This document shows, one piece after another, positions 51,015 through 63,860 of a stretch of DNA of 64,000 nucleotides. Under the pieces are notes generated by a model. That model was not told the origin of the DNA, made no database searches, and saw only the letters and a program-made list of their open reading frames with translations. This DNA comes from Lama guanicoe (taxonomy: Eukaryota), in contig MU056000.1 in the NCBI GenBank assembly GCA_013239625.1, positions 13,405,175 through 13,469,174 of the forward strand, read 5' to 3'. The position numbers and the translations under genes were made by a program. The stretch's first letter is position 1; every line of letters starts with the position of its first letter.

Positions 51015-52599
51015 GAACTTTTATTACCAGGAAGTTTCATATTGTAATATTCTAGACACAATACATACATTTCATTTCTCAGAGTGACCCATTAACTTTT
51101 ACTATTATCTCCATATTGAGATTAATAAAGTTGGATTCAAAGAGCATCAGTAATTGAAGTTCTCTTCACTCTAGGCAGGTGTAGAGTAAGATTCTATGTG
51201 CTTCCTGTGCCCATTACCCATTTAATTAAAGTTTGCCAGATAATCAGGCTACTGATTTTAAGTAAACCGAAAGCAAGGGCTTCCAAAATGCTCAGTTCAC
51301 TAAAATATTAGAAGACGAGTCAGTCTATTGTTAACCAACACCACTAGTCTGTGACCAAAATATGTATAATTTTCTATTTGCTGTACCTAAAACTACAATT
51401 CCATTGATATTGATCCTAATAATAACTTTTTTATCAGACATGCAGTTCATAACATAGTTACCTAAATAAACCTTGTGTCCTATAGCAATACAGCGACGAC
51501 CAGATCAAAATCCGGTGACCACGTCTTCTTCGTCTACGCATTACTGACGTGCCAAAGCTGATTCATACCCTGCACATAATTGGTTTCATCCAAGTGTAAA
51601 GCAAAAAATCTGCCGTCAGACAAATGTGATAGTAGTTGGGTGATGCCCAACATGTCGCTTGATAAAAGAGTTTTGCCAACAGCTCATGCTGCTTTTTCTC
51701 AGTGCCTGAAATTTGTTGTAACATTCACAGCTATTTTTTACAAGCTTTGGAGCAAGTGCAATAGAATTTTTTTTTCCTAAACCAGGAATGCATCTTTCCA
51801 TGCTGCTTAGTGTTTATGGTCTCTTCTCTATGTTTAGATTTATAATTCATTAATTTTAAACTTGCAAGTGTTATTTTGTGCTTCTTCTGTATAAAACTAC
51901 AATTGCTTTCTTAGAGGGCAGCAGCAAGCAATGCTGTTTTGAAAATGATACGAAATTTTAATGGCTTCCTGCCACTATTTACATGGCTGCCAAGAAAAGG
52001 CACTGGGAGTTGGAGCAAATGGACCTCTAGTTCAATTAAGTTCTTTTCTTCCATGTTTTCATAATCAGGTTTATATGCAAATTTTTATGTTTCTGGTGAC
52101 TTGGGAACTTTTTGGAGGCACAAACTTCATTATCCCAGCAGACACTGGAGTTCTGTTGACCATTTTCCATTTATGTTAGTCTTCCCATCACTGATTTTAT
52201 GCTATAGTGAAGAGTTGCTGAACCTGATAAATCTTTGTCAGTTGGAATTATAACACAGCTCAATAATATCAATAAAAAACAGCTTTAACAAACAAAAACA
52301 TTAGTGCAAATTATATTAGTCTAAGATTAATTAAACAGTATAGCTATTTTAGAGCATGAGCAGCATTTCAGAGTGTGATATAATTATTATGGGATTCCTT
52401 TGAAAATTATTATGTGTGTCTCATTTCAAATGGGTGAAGTGCAGATAAAATATTTAATCACGTTGACCTCTAAAGATTGTAAACCCCTTTAATACCATAT
52501 CACAAAGTATTGAGTGACACCTGCAGTCCACAGACAAAATTTTCGGATCCTACAAGGTATAGGCTGATTTCAGTGGTGTATTAAAAGTCTAGGTGTATT

Positions 52600-52853
52600 T
52601 AGATTCTTTTCCATTATAGGTTATTATGAGATATTGAATATGGTTTCCTATGCTATACAGTAAATCCTTATTGTTTACTTATTTTATATATAGTAATGTG
52701 TGTCTGTTAATCTCATACTCCTAATTTATCCCTCCCCTGTTTTCCCGTGAGTAACTAAAAATTTCTTTTCTATGTCTATGAGTCTGTTCCTGTTTTGTAA
52801 ATAAATTTGTTTCAGTAAAAAAAGATACAATCTTGCAATTAAAAAAAAAAAAA
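52600..52853. mobile_element. L1 3'UTR fragment, probably 5'-inverted
   Basis: 52600-52812 is antisense L1 3'UTR lacking its T-tail; an A13 tail lies on the + strand at 52841-52853. Degenerate flanks AAAAGTCTAGGTGTATT / AAAAGGCTATGCTTATT (13/17). Confidence 0.7.
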
Positions 52854-53905
52854 GGCTATGCTTATTCTACCATACCTTGGAAGTGGAAACTGGTTAGAAA
52901 TTTTGCAGCAGGCAAGAGACTCAGATTATTTACAAACTGTATGTTCATATATAGAGAGGAATATTAACATTCCATTAATTGGGTTATTTTCACCATAACA
53001 ACCAGTGAAGGAGTTTGCATCTTCCTTTAGACACAACTAGGAATAAGACAGCAGTCTGTGACATGGCACAGAGGAAACCAAGATTAGCAACTCTTCATCA
53101 AGATATAAGCTGGTGGACACAGAGGTGATCAATGTTTTTATTGCTGATGCTGATGTGTGTTTACGACAAAGACAGCTAACCCCAAACTTTGATTGTCATT
53201 AAAAAGTACTTACCATGATTATTTAACCAGACTGTAAATTTATACCAGAAATGACTAGCCCGAGTCATCAGTTACATACCATCATTTCATTCATGTCCTT
53301 ATAAAGTTCTGGTATTTGGGAAAAAAATAGAGCTATATATTTAGAGAAATTAACTGTGCTTCAAAACCTGTTTTCTCTCGTTAGTGATCTGAATTACCAA
53401 CTACCAAATTTAGGACTGCCTGTGATTATGAATGAACCTTGAAAGAATTGTAAGTTCCCAAATACTCCCATTGGCACTTTTTAATCTGTTTATAAAATTC
53501 TGCCCTTTATAAAACTTTTCATCCTAATTAATAGATTTAGAAATCTCATAACAAATTTCATTAGAAGAATTATTTAAGGGAATGAACAAACAAAACCAAA
53601 AATTATAATTTGCTTATTTATTTAGTATTATATATAAGTTAAAGATAATTCTTCAGTAATGTCTTTCATATAATATCAAATATCACCAAATAGTTTGCAT
53701 GTTCTATTTACATAAAGACTTCAAATATTTTAGTTTTCATTTTCAAGTGTATAAAGTATATTAGAAAAAGCTAGATTTATTTTTAATGGGAAATTGGGCA
53801 AATGTTAATGTAGGTTAAATTATATTTAAATTACTTTTGAAATATTCTGCATAAATATTGGACATATTGTTCTTAAAACAACATTGCAAAAATAGTATGC
53901 ATGCC

Positions 53906-53908
<3 letters not shown>

Positions 53909-53943
<35 letters not shown>
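53909..53943 (+). repeat. (CA)n microsatellite
   Basis: Perfect AC run of about 17 units. Confidence 0.95.
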
Positions 53944-53946
<3 letters not shown>

Positions 53947-54734
53947 CCTACAGAAAAACTGTGAAATTGTATGGCTTCAATGGCCTTTTGTGATGGCTTA
54001 CAATCTGCTCACCTACATAAAAGATATTATTAGTTACACACAAAAATTATTTCTCCGATTGTTGTATTTCTTCCTTGGGTAACTAAATGAAATTTTTATA
54101 ATAAGAAACAGATCAGTTCAAATATTGACATTATAAATCCTTATTTTTCTTCTCCAAGTGACAGCATTTTATGATGTTTGGAAAATGACATTTAGAAATA
54201 TTCTCTGACGCATGCCAAAATTTAAATCATTCACTCTTATAATTATAGTTTTTCCATATGGCTGGTGTCTTTTAATCATTTCAAGTGAAAGGGGAGTATG
54301 TCAGTTTAATAAATATTGTTGAATTGATGTAAAATAAAGACCTCAGGCACTTCTATATGTTGTCGATAAGAAATTATGTTCTGTTTTCACTGTTTCACCT
54401 CACACATTTGAGTCCACTCAGGTTAAGAGTCACTGTTGACTAAGATTTGTGTAGTCTAGACTCTCTATGCCCAAAGATGAGTATGCCTGTTTTTGACAAT
54501 GTCTTCTAACTCTGACGTAAATAGTAATGAATGAGTGACACGTAAATGGGTTTTACAATAAAGTTGGCTTTACAGAATCACAGTACTTGTTTGTGCATTC
54601 CGTAGCACTGGAACGTTTCCTAATTACACTGCGTATGATAATGTCGCCTATCATGGGTAAGCACTAATGAGCAAAATGTTTGTGACTTTTGAGATGATAT
54701 TTAGATTCGTAGCAAGACTCTTCACCCCTGCGTG

Positions 54735-54985
54735 GAAGGATCTACCCCAGACCCCTCTCCTAGCTTGTGATAACTGCTGTCGTCCTGGCTTACAGATGGC
54801 CGTCTTCTCCCTGTGTCTTTTCACATGGTATTCTCCGTGTGTGTGTGTGTGCGTGTGTGTGTGGTCTGTACAAAGTTTCCCCTTTTTATAAGGACACCAG
54901 TCATATTGGACCAGGGCCTGTCTATTATAAGGACCTCATATGTTTTTTTCCAAATAAGGTCACATTCACAATTATTTCAACATTT
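54735..54985 (-). mobile_element. MLT1 (B/C-like) LTR fragment with internal (TG)n
   Basis: GATGGCCGTCTTCTCCCTGTGTC; TTTATAAGGACACCAGTCATATTGGA; CCAAATAAGGTCACATTC. Confidence 0.82.
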
Positions 54986-55600
54986 TTTAGGGAACTCAAC
55001 TAAAAACTTCTGGTGGTGTTGAGAACAGGAGAACATAAAAGTATCTAACAGATTGTCGCCGAAAAGCACATAGCATAATCTGAGCACAGAATTAGAACTG
55101 ACAGAAGTTTGCAAATTCCACTTTACGGGTGGCTGTAAAACAGGACCAGAGACCTGGAAAGAGCAAAACCTGACTAGAGACTGTGAATTCCTAAAACAAA
55201 CAAACAAAAGCTCCCTTTGAGGACAAACTCCTGTCTTACAGAGATAGTGTTAGGCGTATAATCTAAATTCTACAGGACAGAGATAACAGGGGGGAGAAAA
55301 AGAGATGGAACAAATAAAAAAGTGAGAACGTGAATCAGAGGAGGCAAGTAGCAAAAAGTGCTAAGGCGTACTTTTTTTTATCACCTCTTAAAACACCTGG
55401 AAAGGAAACTCTGAGTCCCTGAAGCTAGGAAAGCAGTTCTGTTCTCCAATCCCTGTTGAAAGTGCAAAACAATTCATATCACCTAATATAAGACACAGGA
55501 AAAGGTGGCAATTGTGCAAAGTTATTGTAAGGAAAGAAGACCGCGGAGCAGATATCTATTTGAATATGTTTGTTCACTGGGTAACCTCTGAGTATCAGAC

Positions 55601-56132
55601 TGTCAGGGAGGAAGCAATTTTCTTTCACCCTTCGAGGCTCTTCTGGCTGTCCTGAGAACCAAATTGATATGAGACAGATTAACAGCAGGAAGTCAAACAA
55701 AATTTTAATAACGTGTACGTGGGAGAGACCTAGGAAAACTGAGTAACTCACCAAAATGACTGAAACCCTCACCTTGAACAGCATCTTCAGCTAAAGACAA
55801 AAATGATTGTTGGGGGGGGGGTTGGTTTGGGACTTCAAAGGTGAGGAGGGCAATTTATATGGAGACAGAAAAGCAAACGTTTGCCAGACAACTATTTGCT
55901 GGACCAGGCAGAGACAATGGGACACAGAAATTAATTTTAAATACAGACTTTGCTAGGTTCCTCCCTGCCCACACACCTAGTTCATATTCAGTGACCCATG
56001 GTGATCTCTCCATTCCTGAAACAGGTTCTCTATTTACATTCTCTTAGGAAATGAGGTGACAGATCAAAGTTTCTTCCTGAATCTTTTGTGGAGGGTTGGA
56101 TATTCTGAGGTGCTTACTCCACCTTGTTTACA
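55601..56132 (-). mobile_element. ERV1-like solo LTR
   Basis: TGTCAGGG edge; AAATTGATATGAGACAGATTAACAG; CATCTTCAGCTAAAGAC; AAGTTTCTTCCTGAATCTTT. Right boundary approximate. Confidence 0.7.
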
Positions 56133-57132
56133 CTGGCATCATTCATTTCCTTTCCTTTTAAAAAGAAAACCCTACTTGATTCACTTGGGTATTTCCTATC
56201 ACTGGTCGTTTCTGATGATCTGAACTAATACAAACATTGTTCAGTACAATGCCCACACATTGTCTTATCTTTAAGCTCTCCCTTTCTTCAAACTTCACTA
56301 TGATGTTTTCTCCCAGTGATACTCTTGAAGTAAATAATTTCTTCTAAGAAATAAAAATGCAGTATCTGGATTTATTTTTGTTATGGTTTTTTATTAACCA
56401 AGAGCATTTATCAGAATGAAAACAAAGTTGCTGGGAGAGGTGCAGGCACTGGACCCTCTGGGAAACGGAAGGAACCTGGGATTTGTTGCCAAGCCTGTCG
56501 GAAGTCTGGCTTAAGAAATGAGGCAGATAATTAGATTATTCCCCATGTTCACCTGGAATCAAGTGATCATTGGAGTCAAGGTTTAGGGGGAAATTCTGTG
56601 TCAGCTACTATAGAATATACCCCTGAGAAATCTGGGACTTCAACATGAAATGGCATTTTTGAAAGGCACTGGATGGTTAGAAGGAGGAGAATGACAGCCC
56701 GGCATCCTTATATTCTTGGATGAATGCCTACTAAAGCCCAGGGGCTTTCTAGGGCAGTTCTAACAGAATGTGTTAGTTGCAGCTACAGGGCTGAGATAAC
56801 CGAAAATAAAGCATCAATTTTAACCCAAGAGTTGAGAATAAGAACATTTGAAGGCACATTCTTGTCAGGGAAGTTGTGTGAAAATAAGAGCAGATAAGAG
56901 ATTCTTATACTAATCACGGGGCTGTGAAGGCGAGCTCAGAATGTTCTAATGGCCAAGACTAAATGCTTAACTCCCACTGAATTATTTGTGACAACCAAAG
57001 CCTCTCTCCTGACTATTTCAGGAGCCTTTTCCAAAACCATCCTTGAATAAAGGCACCATGACATCATTGAAAGAGGGAGCTCTTTTCCTTTTGCATTTTC
57101 CCAACAATCTACAATCTCTCCCAAGATAAAAC

Positions 57133-57663
57133 TGTTACTGCAGGAAGGGAAGAAACAACCTCGATTCTTTGTCTTATCTGAGAAAAAGAATTTAAATGGA
57201 AGACGGAAAGTGTGATATGAACAAAACATTTTATTAGTAGAGCAAAAATCAGTATAGTACACCTTCAAGAATTAAAGGCAGGCCAACCCAAGAGAGGAAA
57301 AAAAAAATGGCCTCATTCTTTGTTTCTCCTGCCTTAACTCCTGGCTTTAGGTGTGTTCTTGTGACTGATGGATGGTTTACTTATGTCCTTTGAGTCCTTA
57401 GGCGTGCCCATCTCCTCTGTGCGTTGCTCTGACCCATGATGTACACAGAAAAACCTAACTGTAATGCTAATTATAATACAATGAACATTGGGATGCATCC
57501 TATTGACTCCTATTTGCTACCATGCAGTCATGGCTGTGGGGTTCTAACTGGTTTAGAAGTAAAGTCCCTTTGTATTGGAGGAGGAAACAGCACCACCTTC
57601 TGAAACATCCTCCCTCTCCCCCACCTATCTGCCCAGTGCCCCCACTTATCTAACTGCCCAGCA
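57133..57663 (-). mobile_element. ERV1 (MER4-group-like) solo LTR
   Basis: TGTTAC edge to CCCAGCA; flanks AAAC/CAAC; minus-strand AATAAA near 57230; AATGCTAATTATAAT motif. Confidence 0.7.
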
Positions 57664-58477
57664 CAACTAGAGCCACATACCTGCATCACCTCAGGGCCAC
57701 TGACTGTTAAACACCCAAGGACAAGAATTAGGGAGAAGACAATTGCAACATTTTGCTAATTTATATTTTTTCAATATATCTGCAAGAATAGATTCTATGA
57801 TCAAATAAAGAAAGGCTTGACTTTCTGTGAGGCTGAAAATTTTATTTTTGCACTTAGTTACAGAAGCTATAGCATGATTTGTATGTCTGCTATGTTTTTG
57901 TCTGATTCTTCATCCTGTTTTTACCAAAATACATGCTTAACAGTGGCCCATGATTAAATGGAATTCCACTGTCAATTACTTTCTGGATTCTTCAGTAAAA
58001 ATGTTGGAGTATATTATTTATGGGGCCCGTTCCATTAATTCCCATACTGTGTCCCTTAATGAAGTCCGATAAAGGGTACTGCTTTTGTGAAAATCTTGAG
58101 AAATACTTTTGTGAAAGTTACAATATATTTGAGTGGTGCTTTAATGGTTTGGAATTAGAGTAGAAGGCGTTGTGCTTGAGTTGAATTCAGTGGCTTTCTC
58201 AGGGATGACAGAGGTCAAAACTTGTAGAAGTAAGTTAGATATGGTTACCATAGTATGAATTCAGAACTGTCTAACCAGTATAGTTTTCTGTTGCTAAGTA
58301 CTACATTCCTATGCCTCTAATGCCAAAATATATAAAATCCAAAGTCCTTCCTGATGTGTATAACTATGAAAATCCCAACAATATCTTGAACCAATAGAAC
58401 AATCACCTAATTCTTAGACCTGAGCCTGGACATATCTATCAGTTCTTGAAAAAATGAGGCTTAAGTAACAGTTGAAG

Positions 58478-59180
58478 GATTAGTGGTGGCCAGCAGTTGG
58501 CATCCTTGACCATCCAGGCTGCTATAACAAAATATCATGGCCTGAGGAGCTTATATACAACAGAAATTTATTTTTCACAGTTCTAGAGTTTGGAAATCCA
58601 AGATCAGGGAGCTAGCATGATTAGGTTTTGGTGAGGATCTCCTTGACTACTTCTCCCTCTTTCCTTAAGTGGTGAGAGGAGCAAGGGATCTTTCTGAGGT
58701 TTCTTTAAAAAGGCCACTAATCCCCATTCATAAGAGCTCACACTGATAACCTAATCTCATCCCAGAGTCTCCAAATCTAATACTGTTACATTGGGCTTTA
58801 GAATTTCAATATGTGAATTTTGCAGGGACACAAACATACAGAACATAGCAGTTGGAATGTGGAGATGAATAAATGGGGCCTGGAAGATTTTTAGGGAAAT
58901 GAAAATACTATATGATACTTTAACAATGAATACATCATTATACATTTGTCCAAGCTCATTGAATATACAACACCAAGAGTGAATCCATATGTAAACTATG
59001 AACTTAGGGTGATTATGACGTGTCAATATACATTGATCAGTTATACCAAACGCACCACTCTAGTGGGGGATGTTGATAATGCAGGAGGCTACAAATGTGT
59101 AGGACTACAGGGTATATTGGAAATCTCTGTACCTTCCTATTTTGCTGTGAACTTGAAACTACTCTAAAAATATGTCTTTA
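58478..59180 (+). mobile_element. L1MC-like 3'UTR, interrupted by MLT1
   Basis: GATTAGTGGTGGCCAG...CATTATACATTTGTCCAAGCTCATTGAATATACAACACCAAGAGTGAATCC...ACCACTCTAGTGGGGGATGTTGATAAT. Confidence 0.85.
58501..58850 (-). mobile_element. MLT1A-like solo LTR nested in L1MC
   Basis: GGCTGCTATAACAAAATATCAT...CACAGTTCTAGAG...GGGACACAAACATACAGAACATAGCA; perfect 5-bp TSD GTTGG (58496-58500 and 58851-58855). Confidence 0.9.
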
Positions 59181-60034
59181 AATATTATTTTGGATAAATG
59201 GATGTGCTCTAAGTAATATTGCTTTCTAAACTTTAAACTTCCTACCATTAAGTTAGAGATACAATGCTTGATAAGATGTGAGAATTTGAAAACAACATAC
59301 ACAAAATTGGATATGCTTCTCCCATAATTTTACTGAATAAATGGAAAAGTGTCTAGGCTTGATAGGGTTCAAAAATAAAGAGGTTTCTCTGTTTAAGGTG
59401 GAAATGCGTTCAGCTTCAACACTCCACCCTCTGATTTAGCAGACCCAATATTATGCAGGATGTCTGAGGCAGAACAGCACACTGTGTGAACACCGGTAAA
59501 CCCTGACACAAGTCATAACAATAGTCCCCCATAGTTTTATTCTAAAGTTATGCCTTCTTGGCAAGTAATTATTCTTCTTTGAGATATAACTCATGGGTTG
59601 CTAGAATGAATATCTAAACGTTGGATAACAGGTAACTATGAGCATGAATTGTCTGTCATAAAGCAGACTCTATCTATATACATAGCCCCAAATAAGATAT
59701 GACCATTATTTACAAATGACGCATTGGTGGTGCCATGCCAAGTCAAGTTCTGGAGATGAGTTCCAAGAAAAGCTTGCTTAGTCTCCCAGTGTTCTTAGTC
59801 TGACCACTTTTTCCTTAGTCAACAACCACATTTTCCTATGCCCAGATGGCTGAATGTTGACTCTAATTTGTACACAGATCTGTACAAACTGGCAGTAACT
59901 TTTCTCACCTTTTTTGTTTCAGCCTGGGAAGACATTGAAAGACAATGGAAGAGAGACATTATCCAAGAATAAAGAATCCAAGTTATTCCATCTACAATGA
60001 GAATGAGTGATGGCTTGATGTAAAGATTTAGGCC

Positions 60035-61110
60035 AATTTATTGATAGTTTCTAAATAGTACTGTGACTTTATGTAATTGGCATTTGTAGAATATTTCATC
60101 CCCAAAGAGCAAAATATATATTCTTCTCAAGCATGTATGGAGCATTCAACATGACAGGCTACATTATAAGCCAGAAAACATAACTTAACAAATGTGAAAG
60201 AACAGAAGTTATACAAAGTACATCTCTCATGACCTGGACTTAAAATAGAAACCAAAACAGAAATACAGTGTAAATATCCTCAAATATTTGGAAATTAAAC
60301 AGCATATTCTTAACAAATAACATATAAGTATAACATGTAATATATGTGTCAAATAAGAGGTCTCAAAGGAATTTTTTTAACAAAATGAAAGTATAATTTA
60401 CACTAAGGTTTTGTTTTGGTCTCAGACTATCCATAACCAATGCTGTGGCTGGTCCAGTGTGTGTGGTTCTTATTGTGACTGCAAGACACCAATAGCAATA
60501 GCCATCAGGAAACTTTGAAAGAGAGTTTTATTACCTGTAAGTCCTGGAAGTTTCATTGCACACCTGGGATTTTTCTTTTATTGGAGTTGAAAGTAGAGGC
60601 TCTGGGTTCACGGGCTCACTCTTTGTTGGCGAATTTAAAACATGAAAGTACAAGAAGAGAAAAAACAAGCAGTGTAAATGCTTAGTTACTGAAATCAACC
60701 AAATCTCTATAACAAACGAACCTCAGTGAGGGAAGGTGGCCTGGCCCTTAGTCTAGTCCTGTGGCTGGCAATGTGTTTATTGAGACAGCAGTCTCTAAAA
60801 TAGATGCCTCTTTGAAGTAGATACTTTGGCAATCAAATCTTAAGTCTGGCACTTGCATTACAAAATAGAAAAACCAACTGTCAGGGGTTACCTACGTCAA
60901 ATTCCTTAGCTGCAACAAAATTTTGTAAGACATTTAAAGCATCAATTGCATGGATTAGCAAACAAAAAAAGTCTAAAATCAATAACCTGATTTTCCACCT
61001 TAGAAAACATGGAAAAAGGTATGTAGTGTAAGCCTTAAGTAAGCAGAAAAAATACATATAAGAACAGAAATCAATAAAATTTAAAACAGAAAGCAATAGA
61101 TAAAATCGAC
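60035..61110 (+). mobile_element. L1 ORF2 endonuclease-region fragment split by an LTR
   Basis: ATATATATTCTTCTCAAGCATGTATGGAGCATTCA; CAAATATTTGGAAATTAAAC; resumes near 60905 with AAAATCAATAACCTGATTTTCCACCTTAG. Confidence 0.75.
60410..60900 (-). mobile_element. ERV1-like LTR inserted in L1
   Basis: GGTTCTTATTGTGACTGCAAGACACC; GAGTTTTATTACCTG (minus-strand AATAAA). Boundaries approximate. Confidence 0.6.
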
Positions 61111-61129
61111 AAAGTCTACCTCTTAGAGA

Positions 61130-61405
61130 GGAGCAGAGCCGAGAGGAGCCTGGGAAAACATGATGAGTAAATGTAGTATGGAATCCTGGAAAGAACTGAG
61201 GAAATCTGAATAATGTATGGGCTTTCACAAATAATAATTTATCAGTACTGGTTCATTAATTATAACAAATATACAGCACTAATATTAGATGTCAATAATA
61301 GGAGAAACTGGGTGTGTGATATATGCAAATTCTGTACTATCTTCACATTCCTTTGTTTTTCCAGGAAATCTTAAACCATTCTAAAATAAAAATGTTTGTT
61401 TAAAG
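61130..61405 (+). mobile_element. L1MC/MD 3' terminal fragment
   Basis: TAAATGTAGTATGGAATCCTGGA...TGGTTCATTAATTATAACAAAT...AATAATAGGAGAAACTGGGTG. Confidence 0.8.
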
Positions 61406-61646
61406 AGTAATTAAGCTTTTTTGTCTATAATCTGTTCTACTTATTATACATAATATACAGCAATACAAATACTTTAAAAGCATGGCATAAAAATGATTGT
61501 GTTATTCTTGTTCATGAAATGCAAATGATTGTTTGTTTTTATTTAATTCAGCAATTATGTGACTGTACTTATTAAATTGACTTTAATTTTGCACCATGCA
61601 GTTCAATTTCTTAGTCAGGAAAAGAATAATTCAAATTCTTATAGAT

Positions 61647-62443
61647 TATTAAAAAGTGCACAAATGGAAAATGCTGGAGAGGATGTGGAGAAAAGGGAGC
61701 CCTCCTACACTGTTGATCAGAATGCAGTTGCATGCAGCCATTACGGAAAATAGTATGGGGATTCCTGAAAAAACTAAAAACAGACCTACCTATGATCCAG
61801 CAATCCCACTCCTGAGCATATACTTGAGTGTATATCCAGAGGGAACTTTAATTCAAAAAGATACATGCACCCCAATGTTTCCAGCAGCACTATTTACAAT
61901 AGCAAAGAAAACATGGAAACAACCTAAATGTCCACTGACAGATGACTGGGCAAAGAAGTTGTGGTATATTTATACAATGGAATACTACTCAGTCAAGAAA
62001 ATTAATACCCCTTGCAGCATCATGGATGGGCCTGGAGATCTTCATTCTACGTGAGATAAGCCAGAAAGATAAAGAAAATTATCATATGATACACTCATAT
62101 GTGGAATCTAAAAACAGAAAAATGAAGACACTAATGAACTTATCTACAAAACAGAAACAGACTCATAGACATAGTAAACAATCTTATGGTTACCAAGGGG
62201 TGAAGGAGGTGGGAAAGAATAAATTAAGAGATAGAGATTTGCAAATATTAACTAGTATATATAAAATAGATAAACAACAAGTTTCTGTATAGCACAGGGA
62301 ACTATATTTAATAGCTTGTAGTAACCTATAATGAAAAAGAATATGAAAGCAAATATATGTATGTATATGTATGACTTAAACATGTTGTATGCCAGAAATT
62401 GACATAACATTGTAAACTGACTATACTTCATTAAAAAAATAAA
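61647..62443 (+). mobile_element. Camelid-type L1 3' end (ORF2 C-terminus, 3'UTR, poly(A))
   Basis: Remnant ORFs [14 protein letters not shown] and TYDPAIPLL...KDTCTPMFPAALFTIAKKTWKQPKCP; TSD AAATTCTTATAGAT (61633-61646) / AAATTCTTGTACAT (62444-62457). Confidence 0.93.
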
Positions 62444-62833
62444 AAATTCTTGTACATCTGTATATTTGCAGGAGTTGTGATATCCTAGTCCTTATTTCTT
62501 TACACAAGCTAACAGATAACCTGTTTTTAACTCCTCCTGCCATGATCATCTCAAATTCTCAACATTTACCTCTCCTTTCTTTATATATAATTTCTTATCA
62601 TAGATAATATGTACCATTTATATAAGTGAAATCCTAAAAAAACTTAATAAAATCAATGTGTTTTAGAAATCTTATGAAAGATAGAGAACCAGTTCATTAT
62701 TATGAGTTACAATTTCTGAATTTTATCCACCAGGTATGCTTTTGATTGAATTTATTGAATAGTTAGGAAATTCATTTAATTTCTATAATTTTCTAGGAAA
62801 AAATGATAAATTTGAAATGCTTTACCAAGAATA

Positions 62834-62888
<55 letters not shown>

Positions 62889-62894
62889 CACACA
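62834..62894. repeat. (TG)n(TA)n(CA)n microsatellite
   Basis: Read directly. Confidence 0.9.
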
Positions 62895-62929
62895 TTTCTA
62901 TAAACAAATATAGCATATCAGGAATTTTC

Positions 62930-63860
62930 TCTTTTTTAATTTGATTTATTGAAATATAGGTGCTGTACAATATTAAATAAGTTACAGGTGTATAATATAG
63001 TGATTCACAATTTTCAAAGGTTATACTTCATTTGTAGTTATTATAAATATTGATTATATTCCCTCTGTGGTACAATATATCCTTTTAGCTTATTTTATAC
63101 ATAATAGTATGTACCTCTTACCTTTGACCCCTGTATTTCCCCTCCCACCTTCCCTCTCCCACTGGTAATCACTAGTTTCTTCTCTACATTTGTTAGTCTG
63201 CTTCTTTTTTGTTATATTCATTAGTTTGTCGTATTTTTTCAATTCCACATATAAATGATAACATACAGTGTTGCCTTTTTCTATCTGACCTACTTCACTT
63301 AGCATATCGCCCTCCAAGCCCAACCATGTTTTTGCAAACAGCAAAAGTTTATTCTTTCTTATGGCTGAAAGCATTCCATTGTGTGGGTGCACATGTGTGT
63401 GTGTGTGTGTACACACACACATACAGTGGGGGGAAGTGGCCTTTGCTGTAGATTAATTGACCATAAGTGCATGGGTTTATTTCTGGGCTCTGTTTCCTGC
63501 CCCATTGGTGTGTGTTTCTGTTTTTATGCCTCTATTATACCGTTTTGATTACTGCCATTTTGTAGTATGGTCTGAAGTCAGGAAGCATGATTCCTCCAGC
63601 TTTGCTCTTATTTCTCAAGATTGTTTTGGCTATCCAGGCTCTTTTGTGTTTCCATATAAATTTTAAAATTATTTGCTCTAGTTTTGTAAAAAATGTCCAT
63701 GGGTATTTTGATAGGGATAGCGTTAATTCTGTATATAACCTTGGGTAATATGGTCATTTTAACATTATTGATTCTTCCATTCTAAGAACACAGTATATCT
63801 TTTCATCTGCTTGTGGTAGCTTCAATTTCTTGTGTCAATGTCTTATATTCTAAGTACAGG
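62930..63860 (-). mobile_element. L1 3' end, antisense, with internal deletion near 63425-63440
   Basis: TTTATTGAAATATAGGTGCTGTACAATATT...TTCCACATATAAATGATAACATACAG; jumps after the TG/CA repeat to upstream ORF2 (GATTAATTGACCATAAGTGCATGGGTTTATTTCTGGGCTC). Confidence 0.9.

Noticed and set aside
61559..62292. Overlapping ORFs with recognisable protein similarity
   Set aside because: Frameshifted L1 ORF2p C-terminal remnants in a 5'-truncated copy.
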